Shown one piece after another: positions 38,912-53,900 of a stretch of 64,000 nucleotides of DNA. Below the pieces are notes generated by a model. That model did not search any database. It was not told the DNA's origin and worked only from the letters and a program-made list of their open reading frames with translations. Each line of letters begins with the position of its first letter. Positions within the stretch are counted from its first letter, which is position 1. Source of the stretch: Callorhinchus milii (Eukaryota); NCBI RefSeq assembly GCF_018977255.1, contig NW_024704742.1, forward strand, positions 32,490,001-32,554,000, written 5' to 3'. The position numbers and the translations under genes are program-made.

Positions 38912-41900
38912 CTGACAAAGGGCATGGACAGTAAATTACCCACCATTATCCACTAAGACAACTCATATGATGCTTATAGCAGTGATTAATCAAGTCCAAG
39001 CAAGTGTTACATTTCTGAAGCTGGAGTACATTTGACCAGACTGCAACTCAGGCCTTGTTGTCCTTTTTCTTGAACCTATGTTAATCTGCATGTGTTACAC
39101 AAGAACATAGCATAGGAGAAAGTATCTGATAATGTACCACACAGACACGATAAGCCGAATCGCCTTCTTCTGTGCTGTAAATTTCTATAGTTCTATGGTT
39201 CTACGTGATGTTCATTTTCATGCTCATTTGTCAAGGAAAGACCTACATACCCATCAGGACATGAGCAAGGACATTATTTGTACTTGTTTTAGTTCTGTGC
39301 TTAACATTAGGTTCACGGATGAAAGCTCTCCCTCCCCCTCACCTCTGACAATGGTTTCTTCTCTCCGCCATTTCAGAATTTTCTTTTTAATGCATTTTTG
39401 ATGTCTTTTTTAACTTCTTAAATTTTTATTTGTTAAATAATTGTTAAACCACTATCTGGTCAAAATCTGGACTCTCCTTCGTCCACCTCTCCTTTCCGTT
39501 CATCCACGGTCCTCCTTGAGATAATTCCTAATTCATTCACAAACTGGGAATCGCAATAAACTCTTGCTGCTTCTATAAACTGTAGCAGCGACTGGTTTAA
39601 AACTACAAGGCCACATTTTCAGAATTGCCGAATGTACATTCGAAACATAAGTCAAACCTTTGTCACATTGTCAGCCATGTGATTCACATCACCATTCTGA
39701 GCCAGATGTCCATGAACAGAGGGGTATGTCAAAGCATATCAACCACTTACTTGCACAAGAGCCATCGGGCATGAGCATGTAGCCATTCAAGCAGTAGCAC
39801 TTGTAGCTGCCGTACGTGTTCATACACCGGTGCTTGCACGGCCGAGGCTTCAGACCACATTCATTTAAATCTGTGCAGAATGAGGGAAAGTCAGAACCCA
39901 GAGCCACTCTCAGTCTCAACCCAAATCACACCTTTTACCATGATAGTCAAAATAATTCTTGCATTTCCTATGGCGCCTTGTCACATCGTCAAGACGTCTC
40001 AAAGCACTTCACCAGATATACCATAAAATGGTGTGACTGCGAGTATTTTGTGGGCAAATGCATATTTTTTCCAACAATTTATCTAATTTTTTAGTTTTGT
40101 ATTTCATATGTAATGGCTGATTCAGAAAATGCTCGGCATGTGAGACGTACACTGGTTAGTGGGACATTGCCGTTTGGAAATTGGCTGGTAGGTTCGCCTA
40201 AAAACATAAAAATTATATATGAATATTTACACGTATATGTGGAAACATGACCATAAACATAGTACACAGTATCTGAGTAAACTGAGTAAGGTAGAATTGT
40301 CTGGAAAGGCAAGGATCCCATTTCATCTTTGCCATTCATCACTCAATCCTTTCATCACCGTTCCTATCCTCTATGTGTCAAGCAGCAACTATGGAGAGAG
40401 GAAAGTGAGTTAATGTTTCAGGTCAATGACCTTTTATCAGTTCTGAACTGAATAATTCAGTTTCATTCTGAACTGATGAAACTAGACACTATCCATAGAT
40501 GCTGCCTGACCTGCTGAGTGTTACCAGCAACTTCTGTTTTGATTTCAGATTCCAGCACCTGCAGTATTTTGCCTTTTATCCTCAACGTTGTTTGACAATA
40601 TTCAGCATTGATCACATTGGCTCTCACTTAAACAGTAATAAGAATAAAAGACCATAACACCATATTAGTCCACCATATAAAACCATATTAGTCCTACAGG
40701 AGCCCTGTAGCTCAGTGGTTGGAGCACTCTCCTTGCAAGTGAGACACCTGGGTTGAATTCCAGGCAGGGCGAAACTTTGGGCAAGTTTCCTTACTCCACA
40801 CGCCTAATAATAATCCCTCCAAAACAAAACAATAATAAATTGATCATTTTCAATCCACGATTGTTTGTGGGACACTGCTGTGCGCAATTGGCTGCCGCGT
40901 TTCACCCACAAATAATAATAATAATCCTTGCATTTGATACAGCGCTTTTCACGTTGGGAGGACGTCCCAAAGCGCTTCACAGAACACACTGTAAAGTGAA
41001 TTGACTATATTTGTGGGCGAACGTGGCAGCCAATTGCGCACAGCAATGTCCCACAAACAGTCGTAGATTGAAAATGACCAATTTATTATTGTTTTTGGTT
41101 TTGGAGGGATTATTATTAGGCGTGTGGAGTAAGGAAACTTGCCCAAGGTTTCGCCCTCTGCCTGGAATTGAACTCAGGTCTCTCGCTTGCAAAGCGAGTG
41201 CTCTAACCACTGAGCTACAGGACTTCACGTATATGGTCAATTCAATTTACAGTATATTCTGTGAAGCGCTTTGAGACGTCGAGAAGATGTGAAAAACGCT
41301 ATATCAAATGTAAGGATTATTATTATATTATTATTATTACATTATTATTATTGGGACTAAGCACATTCTAGACTGACATTCAGCAGAAGTAGATGCAAAT
41401 GATTTAAAAACATATGAACCAACAGAAATAGACAAGGCATATTCAACGATTATTATTAATTAAGTAAAGATATCTGGCATGCTTCTATCCTCTCTATTAG
41501 GAAAGCAATGCCAGGCATTTTGAGGGAAGCCAGCAATAGTACCCAATGTGCACTACATTGATGACAACCTCTATTAATAACACTAGCAAGCTTTCAGACA
41601 CGTGAAACTACGTCCATCCCGCCTTTGTTTATCTGTAAACTATAAGCAACGTCTTGGTGATGACACACCAAAAATCAAATGAAATGTCATATGACCAGTT
41701 TACACTGAGATTTCTGTGGCTGTTGAGAATACCCATGTAAAAAAAAAAATCGGGATTGTGAAAAATGAACAGAACAAGAGTATGGAACAAACTGAAGAAG
41801 TGAAAAAGATGGGCATGTGTTACAACAACAACAACTTGGATTTATATAGTGCCCTCCACGCCAGACAGCGTCTCAGCGCGCTTTACAGTTTCGGATCCCG

Positions 41901-44900
41901 GGACCGAGCCACGGGGAGGGGTGGGAAGGTGACCAAAGACGCGGTTGAAAAGAAAGGTCTTTAGCAGAGACCTGAAAATGGGAAAGGAGGGAGCGAGATG
42001 AAGGGAGTGAGGAAGGCAGTTCCAGAGCCTCGGGGCATAGTGGCTGAAGACACCCACTGCCGAGGGTGGAGCGGAGGACTCGGGGGACAAGGAGGAGGCC
42101 AGACCTGGAGGAACGAAGGCAACAGGTACTGTGCTGAGGAGAGAGGAGGTCAGAGAGGTAGGGGGGTGCAGAGGAGTGCAGTGACTTGAATATGAGGGTG
42201 AGGATCTTGAAATCGATCCTCTCTGGGACAGACAGTCAGTGCAGTCTGGCAAGGACTGGGAATACTGGGAAATGCTGCCTTTCCTTATTTGGTATACAGT
42301 ACAGCATTTTGCTGCTCCCCTGAGTCGACTCATTTCAACATTTACAGCATCTTTCAGCTAGTCAATTCTCAGCTCTCTTCAGCACATAAGGTCAAGAACT
42401 ATCAAACCGACATTCATAAAGACAAATGCTGGCTGCTGGGAACTGCAATAAAGTGTACAACAAACAGCTTCACCAGTCTCTGAACAAACTACAAATTAAT
42501 AAGAAATTGCAAGAAAGGTCAGAAGAATGTTTTGTTTCTCTCTCTCTTAACACAAAATGAAACCATTCAGCACAGTCTCATAATCTAATGATGATATTGA
42601 ACTTTAGGGTAACAGCCCACCTGCACTTAGCAACAACGGGGAATATAGGAATATCTAGAAGAGAGTCCATTACAGCATTTAAAGTTAATTGAATAAATAT
42701 GTGAGGAAAAATAAGATTTAAGGTACTTGGAAAGAGCAGGGAAAAGTGATCAGATAACCCAGTCGGGGAAAAGGAATGAGAGGAGATAGCCCAGTGGGAG
42801 AGTGAGCACTAGTGGGGGAGGCAGCACCAGTGGGGAAGTGAGCACCAGTGTGGGGTGCGTTCCAGTGGGGGAAGAGAACCCCAGTAGAGAGAATCAGTCC
42901 AGGTGGATGGGAGAGCCCAGTGTAGGAGTGAACCCCAGTGGGGGAGAGAGCCTCAGTGAGGGAGAGAGCCCCAGTGGGGGAGAGAGCCCCAATGTAGGAG
43001 TGAACCCCAGTGGGTGGAATGAGCCCCAGTGGGTGGAATGAGCCCCGGTGGGTGGAATGAGCCCCAGTGGGTGGAATGAGCCCCAGTGGGTGGAATGAGC
43101 CCCAGTGGGTGGAATGAGTCCCAGTGGGTGGAATGAGTCCCAGTGGGTGGAATGAGCCCCAGTGGAGGAGTGAGCCCCAGTGGAGGAGTGAGCCCCAGTG
43201 TAGGAGTGAGCCCCAGTGTAGGAGTGAGCCCCAGTGGTGAATGAGTCCTAGTGTAGGAGTGAGCCCCAGTGGCGGAATGAGCCCCAGTGGCGGAATGAGC
43301 CCCAGTGGCGGAATGAGCCCCAGTGGCGGAATGAGCCCTAATAGGGGAGAGAGCCCCAGTGAGGGAGTGAGTGAGCTCCAGTGGGGGAGTGGTACAACTG
43401 AAACAAGGGATACAACCCCCAATTTGACATTAGTAGATTTCAAAACATCTGGAAGCATCTCATTCCTAACCCCCACCCCGCCCCCACACCACTAATACTG
43501 GTGGTAAGATATTAAAAAAACGTATTTGGCATAACAACATTGTGTAGTTATTACGTACTGGTCCAATGTAGTGTTTAGACAGTTTATAGTAATTTCCACT
43601 TTAACTACTGCTTACAAATACACACAGCCTGATCCTGAGCTATGGCAGACACGGTCGGAATATTTATACACACTGCTGTACTTAAACCCACAATAAATCT
43701 AACGACTGTCACCACCAACTCACTGAGGTAAGTGGAAGGGCCAGGTTTATGGCAATGGGGATACAGACTGTGAACAAGGAACACGTTTCTCCATTGGACA
43801 CAACCCAAGTTACAGATGTGGTTTTTCATCAACTCTTACTTTGAAGAGCTCTGCTTCTGTGCTGGTTGGAATTGTAACCTCTATTGGCTAAATTAACCAG
43901 TGTGTTACTATTAAACAACCAGCAGTGGAACACATCAAGGCAGTAACCAACATTTATTAATAATGATCATAATAAAAATAATCCTTGCATTTGATTTAGC
44001 GCCTTTCCTGTCATCGAGGTGTCTCAAAACGCTTCACAGGATATACTGTAAAGTGAGTATTTTGTGGGCTAGATGCAGCAGCCAGTTGTGCACAGCTATG
44101 TCCCATAAACAGCCATGAAGTAAGTGACCAATTTTATTTGGGGGATTGTTGGCCAGGACACTGGGAGAAACTCCCTTCTCTTTTAACATTCAGAATTAAA
44201 TTAACCAATGTTTACATTAAAAATAAGAAGTAGCCTTTATATACCATAGGGAGCTGGATGGTTAAAAAGAAACAATCTTTGCTTTTTACATCTACAGCTT
44301 GTATCTTACACAATAGTGTGGTCACAACACTTTACAGTAAATCCTTTGTGAAGTACTTTGAGACATCCTCCCAAAGTGATCATCACTAAATCAAATGCAG
44401 AGATTATTATATTTTTATGCACAAGGATTGATTTTTCCGTCAAATATTCAGTCCATTCAGTTTGGATTTCTCACGATGAACTGTGTTGTGTCAAAGCACT
44501 TTGCAGAGTTCTTTATGAAGTGTTTGTAGGCAAACTCACAATCTCACTTAAACAGTCATGAAGTGAATTACCATTTATTTTTATTTAGTAGATTGACGTT
44601 GTGATGGGGGAACGGTAGGTGGATATTCTGAGGGAAGACATTAGATGGGTCAATGGCTTCTGCATCCAAACTAATCTTGTGATACTGGGCGAAATTGCCC
44701 TTTTTTTTCGAATAGTGCCAACCATAGGGATAACCATGAAACCCACCTGGGTTTAGATTGAATCTATTTATGTAGCATTTAAGAAAGTCCCAAATTTAGC
44801 AAATGCTTCAGTACAGTCTTAATTTTGCAGCCAGTTTTCTGCAAGTTTCTTTTAAGAAACGTTGAAAACCGGCTTTAAAATTAAGATTGAATTGAATAAT

Positions 44901-47900
44901 TTGCCAAATTCTGGATACTACAATGCTACATATACAGAATGTCAGCCTGGACTATAATAAGCTTTAAAGGGTCTGATTGATCTTGGGATGTAGAGTAAAT
45001 AGAGTATACAGCTATACCAAAAGGTGGTTTATACAAGAATCTTAAAAGACTCCTCTGTTGTTACAACCTGTTTTTAAAATAATGAATCAAAGAGTTACAA
45101 ATCTCACACAGAGGTTCTGGCCAAGATAAGTATGGTTTTCTCCATTAAAGCCTACTTACCATGTTTGACTGACTTTTACAGTGACTGTAACATTGTCAAA
45201 GCTGAAAGCACAGGGCGTTGGGTAACAAAAAGATCTCTGTTCCTTACCTTGATTGCATGTCTTGCCAGTGTAGCCAGGGTAACATTTGCATTTGTTTGGT
45301 CCCACGCACTCGCCGTGTTTACATCCATGTTGACACACAGCTGGTAAAAGCAAAAGGCAAACACATTAGTGCTGGATCAAACGACACTGATGTGCCATGT
45401 CGACTCAACAAGGTCGTGGTGACACAATTAACCTTTCACTTTGGGCAAGGATGCAGGAAAACAAACACATCCTGCAAGCCAAACTGAGGCAGCACATAAA
45501 GAGAGCGTCTATTCCTGCAAACAAAACCACGCAACATGCACAAGGAGTTCTCAAGGACATTGCTGCTGTGTTTCCAAACTTCTTAAGAAAGGGCCATGTC
45601 TGCCTTTGAAGGATTGTTCAAAGGAATTTAACCATGAATCTGGGATGGACGTGTTCACAGAACAACAAGTGCTGGCATTTGTTATTGTTTGAAATTGATG
45701 GCTTGCTTATACACTTCCTGGTCCAAGCATGAAATGTGCTTCCTCTTCAACAAGTCCTTTCCCCTGACAATACCTGCATGTTCAGGCCTTGAGCTGGGAA
45801 GGGTGGGTGGAGGGTCAGGGGGAAATATATGGTACAAACCCATCATCTTAAAAGTACACCTACCTGCCTTAGATTCCAGCTGATGCACCTTGTAACTTTA
45901 ACATGTAACATGTACATGTACCTTTAGCAGTGTGAAAATAGCTTAACCCTCAATTCCACATAGGACAGGAAGCTTACTCCAGGTGGATAACTAACTACAT
46001 GTGTCGAGATTAAAAGATGGCAGCGCACTTATCTTGGAGCAGAACAGGTTTGGATTTGATAGGTTCCTTTAAGATAGGGTGATCATATTTTGTAAACCAA
46101 ATCCAAGGACCCACACATGAAAAAGTTGAACTTATCTCAATTGCTGATGCTGGCCGGATTGCAGAAGCTTGTTGGATTAATGAGCTGTGTTTCTCTGATG
46201 TGTGTATCGGTTTTAAAAAATTATTGTTCTTGCTCAGTTTGTTGCTGAACTCAAGACGGGGCAACTTCGGCCCCATGAATCCTCATCCTGGGATTATCCC
46301 TGGAGATCGGGCACTTATGTTCACCCTACTTTAAGGGGCATTTACTGTCTGCAGGATTCTATTACAGAAAGAAAAGATGCGCCTCTTTTAGTCATAAAAC
46401 ACGGCCCCAGATCATCACAGCATTTTCTTTCTTTGTCAACGTTAAGACTTGACTTACCTTATCATACGAAGACAGCCATAAAAAGGTCAAGAGTGAACTT
46501 GTTTCTTTTTACTTACCTGGTACATTATACTCTCCCGCCACTCCCTTCACGAACTTCTCCAATCGGGTTTCCATGCCATCCACAGCACAGAAACAGCCCT
46601 GGTCAAAGTGACTAATGACATTCTGTCCATCTGCGACCAGGACTCCCTCTGTCTCCTTGCCTCCTTGACCTCTCTGATGCTTTCGACACCGTCGACCACT
46701 CTATCCCTATCCACCGCCTTTCCTCTCATCTCAACGGCTCTGTCCTTGACTAGTTCAGACTCCTCTCACACCGCTTCCACTTTATCACCACAAACGACTT
46801 CTGCTCTAGCCCCTGCACCGTCTCGTGCAGTGTTCCTCAGGGCTCTGTTCTTGGTTCCCTCCTCTTCAATATCTATATGCTCCCTCTTGGTGATATCATC
46901 TGCAGACATGGTGTCAACTTCCACATGTGTGCAGATGACACCCAACTCTACCTCTCTGCCTCCACACTTGACTTCAGGACCACTGCTGTCCTGACAGAAT
47001 GTCTGTCAGACATCAAGTCCTGGATGAGAGCTAACTTTCTTCAGTTGAACGTCAACAAGACCGAGGCCCTCCTGATTGGCTCCCGTCAGTGCTTCCTCAC
47101 CTCAGGCACTGACAGCATCACCATCCACGGTTCCACCATCCATCTTACTAAGCCAGTCTGGAACCTTGGGGTCTTGTTTGACCCTCAACTATCCTTTCTA
47201 CCCCACATCTGTGCCAAGAGCCGCTCTGACTTCCCAACATCCGCAACATCGCCCGACTCAGCCACTGTCTCACACCACAGGCCGCCGAAACCCTCATACA
47301 CGCCTTCATTACATCGAGGCTTGATTGTCGGCCTCCCCAACTCCTCCCTCCACAGGCTGCAGATCATCCAGAACTCTGCAGCCCGTGTACTCTCCCGCAC
47401 TAGGCTCCATGATCCTATCACCCCCATCCTCGCCCAACTCCACTGACTTCCTATCACACAGAGGACAAAGTTCAAGATCCTGGTCCTCACTTTCAAAGCC
47501 CTCCATAGTCTTGCTCCCCCCCTACCTCTGCGACCTCCTAAACCCCTACCATTCTGCTCGCTCCCTCCGGTCAGCGGGCTCCGACCTACTTCACGTCCCC
47601 CGCCTCGCTCGCCCCACTATTGGCAGGCGGGCCTTCTGCCACTTTACCCCCACCTTCTGGAACTCCATCCCGCAGTCCCTCCACCTCGCCCCTTCCTTTG
47701 CCACCTTCAAGACCCATCTCAAGGCTCCCCTCTTCGACCGTGCTTTCGATCATCCTGCTTCTCCGCCTGCCCTCCACCCCCGACCCTGACCCCCAGCTCG
47801 GGTCCAAAACACTGACTGTCCAGCGCCTTGGGACGTCCTCCTACGTGAAAGGCGCTATACATATGTAATTTTGTTGTTGTTGTTAACAGAAGGTGTTAAT

Positions 47901-50900
47901 GAAACTGGATTAAGAATGAAACCGTCACCTTAGATTTGTGGAAAATTCTTAAATTCAGCTTTAATTTGGAAAGTCAAGTCTCCAAATCTCTCTTCAAAAG
48001 TTTTTTAAAGAACAGTGAAAACTCAACATTACACTTAAGAAATTTTTCAAAGTTCTACGACAATGATCTTAAGGCTAAAAGCATGAGAATTTTAGACTTC
48101 TGAGGTATGTGACCATTAACTTTGTCTTCATTTGACCAATATTTGGTTCACGTCATAGATAAAAGACGTGGGAGGAACATTGCACCACTTTCAGCATTGC
48201 ATTTACAGGGCTTAAAAGGCAAATAGCATTGACTGAGCCAATTAAAAGAAAATGGGTCGATGGCATATAGACTGAAACCCAGTGAAAGGGGTTTGATGTC
48301 TCACATTCACAACACAGGCTGATAAAAAATTAGTCAGAAATTCACAGAGAGGAAAGTAACTGTGGTATTGAAAATTGTAATCATCAATAAAATAATAATA
48401 AAAATCCTTGCACTTGATATAGCACCTTATCACATCTTCAAGACGTCTCAAAGCGCTTTATATTAAAACAGTTTAACGTTTAAAAAGACAAAAGCCCCAA
48501 AACTGACTATTATGTTATGAAGGAAAATATAAGAATAAGATATTATCGTACAATTCAAAACAGCTGTCTGAGGAGCTGGGTCATGGCTGGCACTAAATAG
48601 AGAGGCAACGCAGATTTTGTCAATGGCCAGAATTGTCTTGTGGTTCAGCAAATGAATCGTAGATAAGTGAACTTTGTATTTGATATTGCGCCTTTCACGT
48701 CGGGAGGGCACCTCAGAGTGCTTCACAGGATTTACTGTGAAGTGGAGTGACTGTGTGTTTTCCAGGTAAATAAAAGATGAATATAGGGAAGGCAAACGGT
48801 TCAAGACAGACTGAGAATTAACTAAAAATGACAGTTCCAAAGCATACGCTGTGTCTTCCAGGTGAGTGCTGGTAAAGAGGTGTTTGGTTAAAAAGGAGTC
48901 CTTCTGTGGATCATTAAGCAATGTAAATCTTATTTTAATAATAATGTAATAATCCTTGCAATAATATAATAATCCTCGCTTTATTATGTCATTGAGACCT
49001 TTCAAAGCACTTCACAGAATACACCGTACAGTGAATCGACTATATTTTCACGAGGGGTGGAGGGGATCATTGAATGCTAGGTTTTGCTTTCACAAATCCA
49101 GTAGCATCAATGTAGATATTCAAATCTTTTACTCTAATCTAGTAGCTGGCAATGATTGACAGGAAGGGGATGTACAGTACAAGTGCTGTACCAACATACA
49201 GTACTGGGAACTGATTGTATTCGTACGATTCAAAACAGCTGTCTGAGGAGCTGGGTCACAGCTGGCAGTAAATAGAAAGACAACGCAGAGTTTGTCAATG
49301 GCCAGAATTGTCTTGTGGTTCAGCAAATGAATTGTAGATCGTTTGGAAGGATAAACTCATGTGTTACGTTTACATAGCAAAAGACACTTAAGCACTGTTA
49401 CCCTCCCAGTACTTCCAGCAGCTGTGACGTGCCAAAAATCTTTTGTTAAACAGCTAGACAAAATGAGAAGGCTTTCACTTTTTCTGGCTCCCCCACCCCC
49501 ATCCACTAAAAAGGTTCAAAAAGTAGGTCTCTACTGATATCCAACCAGGAGGTGACCATAGGCACAGTCGAAGAGATAGATCTTGATAGATATTAAGGTC
49601 GGATTTAAACAAAGAGTGGTGAGGTGGCAGGATTGAGGCAGGGATTTCCAGAGGTTAGGACCTAGGGATTGAAGGCATGGCCACTGATGGTGGTGCAGAG
49701 AGGGTTGGGAGATGTGCAGCAGGCCTGTGTTAGCTGAGCAAAGCAGGAGGACAGAGGAGTGAGGTATGAACATTGAGGGAATAATTCTATGGACCTAAAT
49801 ACAATCTTATCAGGAGGTTCTATTTCCACTGATCCACTGCTTGTTAGTATCTAAAGAGTATAAAATCAAGATAGTCATTGAAAAACAACAGAGATGTTAA
49901 AATATCTTTTACCCTGTGGATTGATAGCATGTGAAATATCCCACCAAAATCCACGGTAAAAGCAGAATTTATCATAGCTTCTTGAAGAGGAATTAGACTA
50001 ATATTTTAAATAGAAAATTATTTAAGGGTATGAGAAACATATAATACAATAATATGTACATTTATATAATGCCTTTCATGTCAGGAGGATATCTCAAAAG
50101 TGCTTGACAACACTGGATGGGCAACCAAACTGGGATTGGGAGCTGAAGAGGGAAAACATGATAGAAAGCACAGTTAAAGCGATATATTTTGAGACTCAGG
50201 AGAATGGGTCTGAAGAGACTGTGAGTCTCTTTCATAGAGCTGGCATGATATACTGTGAAGTGCAGTGACTGTACATCTATAGGCGAAATGCAATTTGCCC
50301 GAGGCAATTTGCCCACATCATTGTCCCACAAACTGCCATGGAGTGAGTGAATGACCAATTTATTCGAGGGATTGTCTATGGCTTTAAAATGACAGGAGGC
50401 ATAGTTGCAGAGAAGCTATTTGGCTCAGACCGTGGGAGTAGATCTGGTGGACATAGTTTGAAAATTAAAAAGCCTCAAGAACAAGAGATTAAAAGAATTC
50501 TCTATCCCCACAGAATAATGGATATCCGGTACAAATTTGCCAACAAAGCAGTTAACACTGTGTTAATTAACTAAACCAAACAGAGCTGGAACAGTAAACT
50601 ACTTGAGAAGAATACTGGAAACACGGATAAATAAGGGAGTCCAATAAGAAGCTGTACTCCAAGGGACACAAGAATTTCTTTCCTCCAGGGCCAGGGTGGT
50701 ATCTGGGGAACACTGGTTGTGGGAATTAAAAAGACCAACAACAATTTACATTAATATAGCACCTTTTGTGTTGGCAGGACGTCTCAAAGTAGGCTCACCT
50801 GTCTTAAAGGGGACCGACTCTTTAACTGAGTTTTACTTCGCCCCCCCCCCTGAAAGAATATTATCACCCACCACCTATGATCAGGTTTTGAGGCAGAACA

Positions 50901-53900
50901 GGAAGGGGACAAGGTGGATGGAGTTCCAGAAAGGAGGGGCAGGATACATGAAAGGTCACGTGGCAATGGTGAGGCTGATTGGAAAAGGGATATGTCTTCT
51001 AGGTCCGAGGCAATAGGATCACAGAAGGTTACAGCGGTCGGATGAGCTGAAGCCATGTAGGAATTTGATAGTGAGGATGAAGATTTTGAACGTGATCGGC
51101 TGGGGGTGGGGAGCCAGTGACTGCATTCAGTGGAAGGCCAATTATCCGCACACTGATTATCTGCTTGACCATGCATCCACATCACACTCTGATGAGGAAG
51201 TCAATTCAGGGCTCCAGAGGTGACAGAAAATGTACAAAGTAACGTACATTCAGGTTATTAGGGAGTTGGGATGAATCACACCCTGTAGTAACCTTGCTCA
51301 CATGCGCACAACCAGCTTGTTTTTGTTATAGTTAACACTAGAGCTAATTTGTATACTGTGTGGTGTCCAATTATCCTGTTTGCTTATCCACAATGGGGCA
51401 CATCCCAATAGTGCGATTTAACAACAACAACAACTTCCATTTATATAGGTTCCTTCATGTGAGGCAGCATCTCAAGAGCGCTTAATTTGAAGGAGTCTGA
51501 CTCCAAGGCGGGGATAGGAAGGAGGTGACTGTAAGCCCGGTCGAAGAGGAAGGTCTTCAGTCATGATCTAAAAGAGGGGAAGGAAGTGGCAAGGTGGAGG
51601 GACTGCGGGAGAGAATCCAAAGGCAGGAGGCCAGAGCCAGCTGAGCCAAGATTAAATGGCTCTCCAATGGTGATGCGGGGATGGTTGAACGCTTCAAAGA
51701 TTTTGATTAATTATCTTTTGTTTTTTTGATCTACCCATCATCAGTTGTGCAGCACTAAGTAGAACTCAAGAATGCACATTACCGGAACCATAGTCAGTAC
51801 TGTACTCCAACTAAAGAATGGCAATGACACTTCAGGTACCAAACCACATTCCCAGTTATTGGCTTCAAGATGCTACAGAACATTGGTGTAATGGGCCCAG
51901 CGAAGGGGCTGTAGCCAGCGACACCAGCTAGATAGCTGGTTGCTTGTTTATTGACCTGAGGGTCAAACATTGGGACTGTCACTCAAATCTGCCTACTGCA
52001 GCCAGTCTGATTGGAAGTCTCAATGAAACATTGTGTGGGGAGTAAAACCTAACAACAGCTCTCTCCCGCTGTTCGGATCACGTCCCTCGGCAACAGTTAA
52101 AGTGAGATTATGAGGGAGAGCTCAGACAATGTTTCAGTTCAATGGCTTTAAATCCCCTCCGCTGTGAAACTCTGATATGTAAGTCAAAAATAGAAGTCAA
52201 AAATAGCAGTGAAATGTTAACAGTTCGCAAAGAGCCAACAGGTGAAGGTTTCTTAGGCTTTTTGAAATCCCATTTCAATCTCAGCAATACAGTGTTGAAA
52301 AAAATCCTTGCATTTCATATAGGATTTCATCATGTCGTTGAAAAAACTCAAAAGGGCTTCACAGGAGTTCACTATTCACTCTCATGACTGCTTTTCTATG
52401 CAAATGTAGCAGTCAAGCAGCACACAAATAGCCGCTGTGGTTTTTAACTTGGGAAATCTTTAGAAATGTGATACCAGACCAGAAAAAAATGAAATTGAGT
52501 GAATAAGAAAATCACTTACCTGTCAATCACAGAGCCCAAGAAAGAACAAGGCTCAGAAAGCACTAGACATTTCATACCAATGTAATGTGTAGAACAGACA
52601 GGAGAACAGTAAAATAGCACAATGTCCATGCCCTTCATGCATCTAAGTGATGGGCCATCCGAATCAGAAGCATCCAAATTATACCCAAATTTCTCATCAT
52701 ATCAAATAAATCAGAGATGACCTGATCTGATCATTCCAGCATGTTTTCACGGTGATTGCGATGGTCCCACACTCTACAACCCATCCACCAGTCTTTGCAA
52801 GAAACATGCAGGAATTGGTTATTTAGATTTTAACACCACCATCCATTCCGTCCTTTACTAAAGCAGCTCAAGTAATGCAGGTCTGAAGAGATATTAGCCA
52901 GAACACAATGAGGTGGAAACCGATAAGGTGCAGAACATGCACAGAAGTGATATGCGAAGACCGTGTGCTCCTCTATAATGCACTCTGATATTTGACAATA
53001 TAAACCAAATGTAGACTGTTTATTGCACCTGGAATTCTAAAAATACCCATCCATAACTCTCAACTTGCACAGCTTCTAACAACAATAAATTACATTTGTA
53101 TAGCACCTTTCATGTCGGGAAGACGTTCCAAGGCACTGGGCAGTCCAGGATTTGCACCCGAGCTGGGGTGTTGGGATCAAGAGGTGTGAAGGCAGTGGGG
53201 GTAGAAAGGTGATCAAAGTTGCGGTCGAAGAGGAAGGTCTTGAGACGGACCTTGAAGGAGACAAGGGAGGGAGATGAAGGGACTGTGGGATGGAGTTCCA
53301 CAACGTGGGGACAGAGAGGCTGTGGGCCCCACTACCAACAACAACAACAACTTAGATTCATCCACCCCGGATGGCATCTCAGAGCGCTTCACAGTTACGG
53401 TTCCTGGGGCCGAGCCGGGGGGGGGGGGGCGGAGGAAGGTAACCAAAGGCACGGTCGAAAAGAACGGTCTTCAGCTGATTTCTGAAAATAGGAAGGGGGG
53501 GTGGGGGGGTGAGGCGAAGGGAGTGAGGGAGTTCCAGAGCCTCGGGGCGTAGTGGCTGAAGTCACGGCCGCCGATTGTGAAGCGGAGTTTTTGGGGGGCA
53601 AGGAGGAGGCCAGACCCAGTGGAGCAAAGGCAACGGGCATTGTTTTGAGGAGAGACAAGGTCAGAGAGGTAGGGGGGTGCAGAGGAGTGGATGGATTTGA
53701 AGACAAGGGTGAGGATCTTGAAGTCGTTCCTCTCTGGGACAGGCAGCCAGTGCAGTCTGGCAAGGACTGGGATAATCGGGGAGCAGAGTTTGGTGCGGTT
53801 AAGAATGCGGGCAGCAGGGTTCTGGATGACCCAAATTTTATGAATGGTAGTGGAGGGGAGACCGGAGAGGAGGGCATTTGAATAGTAACAGCCGAGAGGT

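Noticed and set aside
42790..43390. CRISPR-like regular repeats (also 61624-61732)
   Set aside because: Head-to-tail units with no unique spacers, no cas genes, in a vertebrate intron.
42718..43476. 252-aa ORF, the longest in the track
   Set aside because: Translation of a minisatellite, with no domain or splice support.
46553..47884. Active reverse transcriptase gene
   Set aside because: 5'-truncated and frameshifted, YADD altered to CADD; a dead L2 copy.
52520..52575. Possible alternative first exon [18 protein letters not shown] with a strong gtaagt donor
   Set aside because: Ends in phase 2, incompatible with the phase-1 acceptor of NPNT exon 3; no homology recognised.
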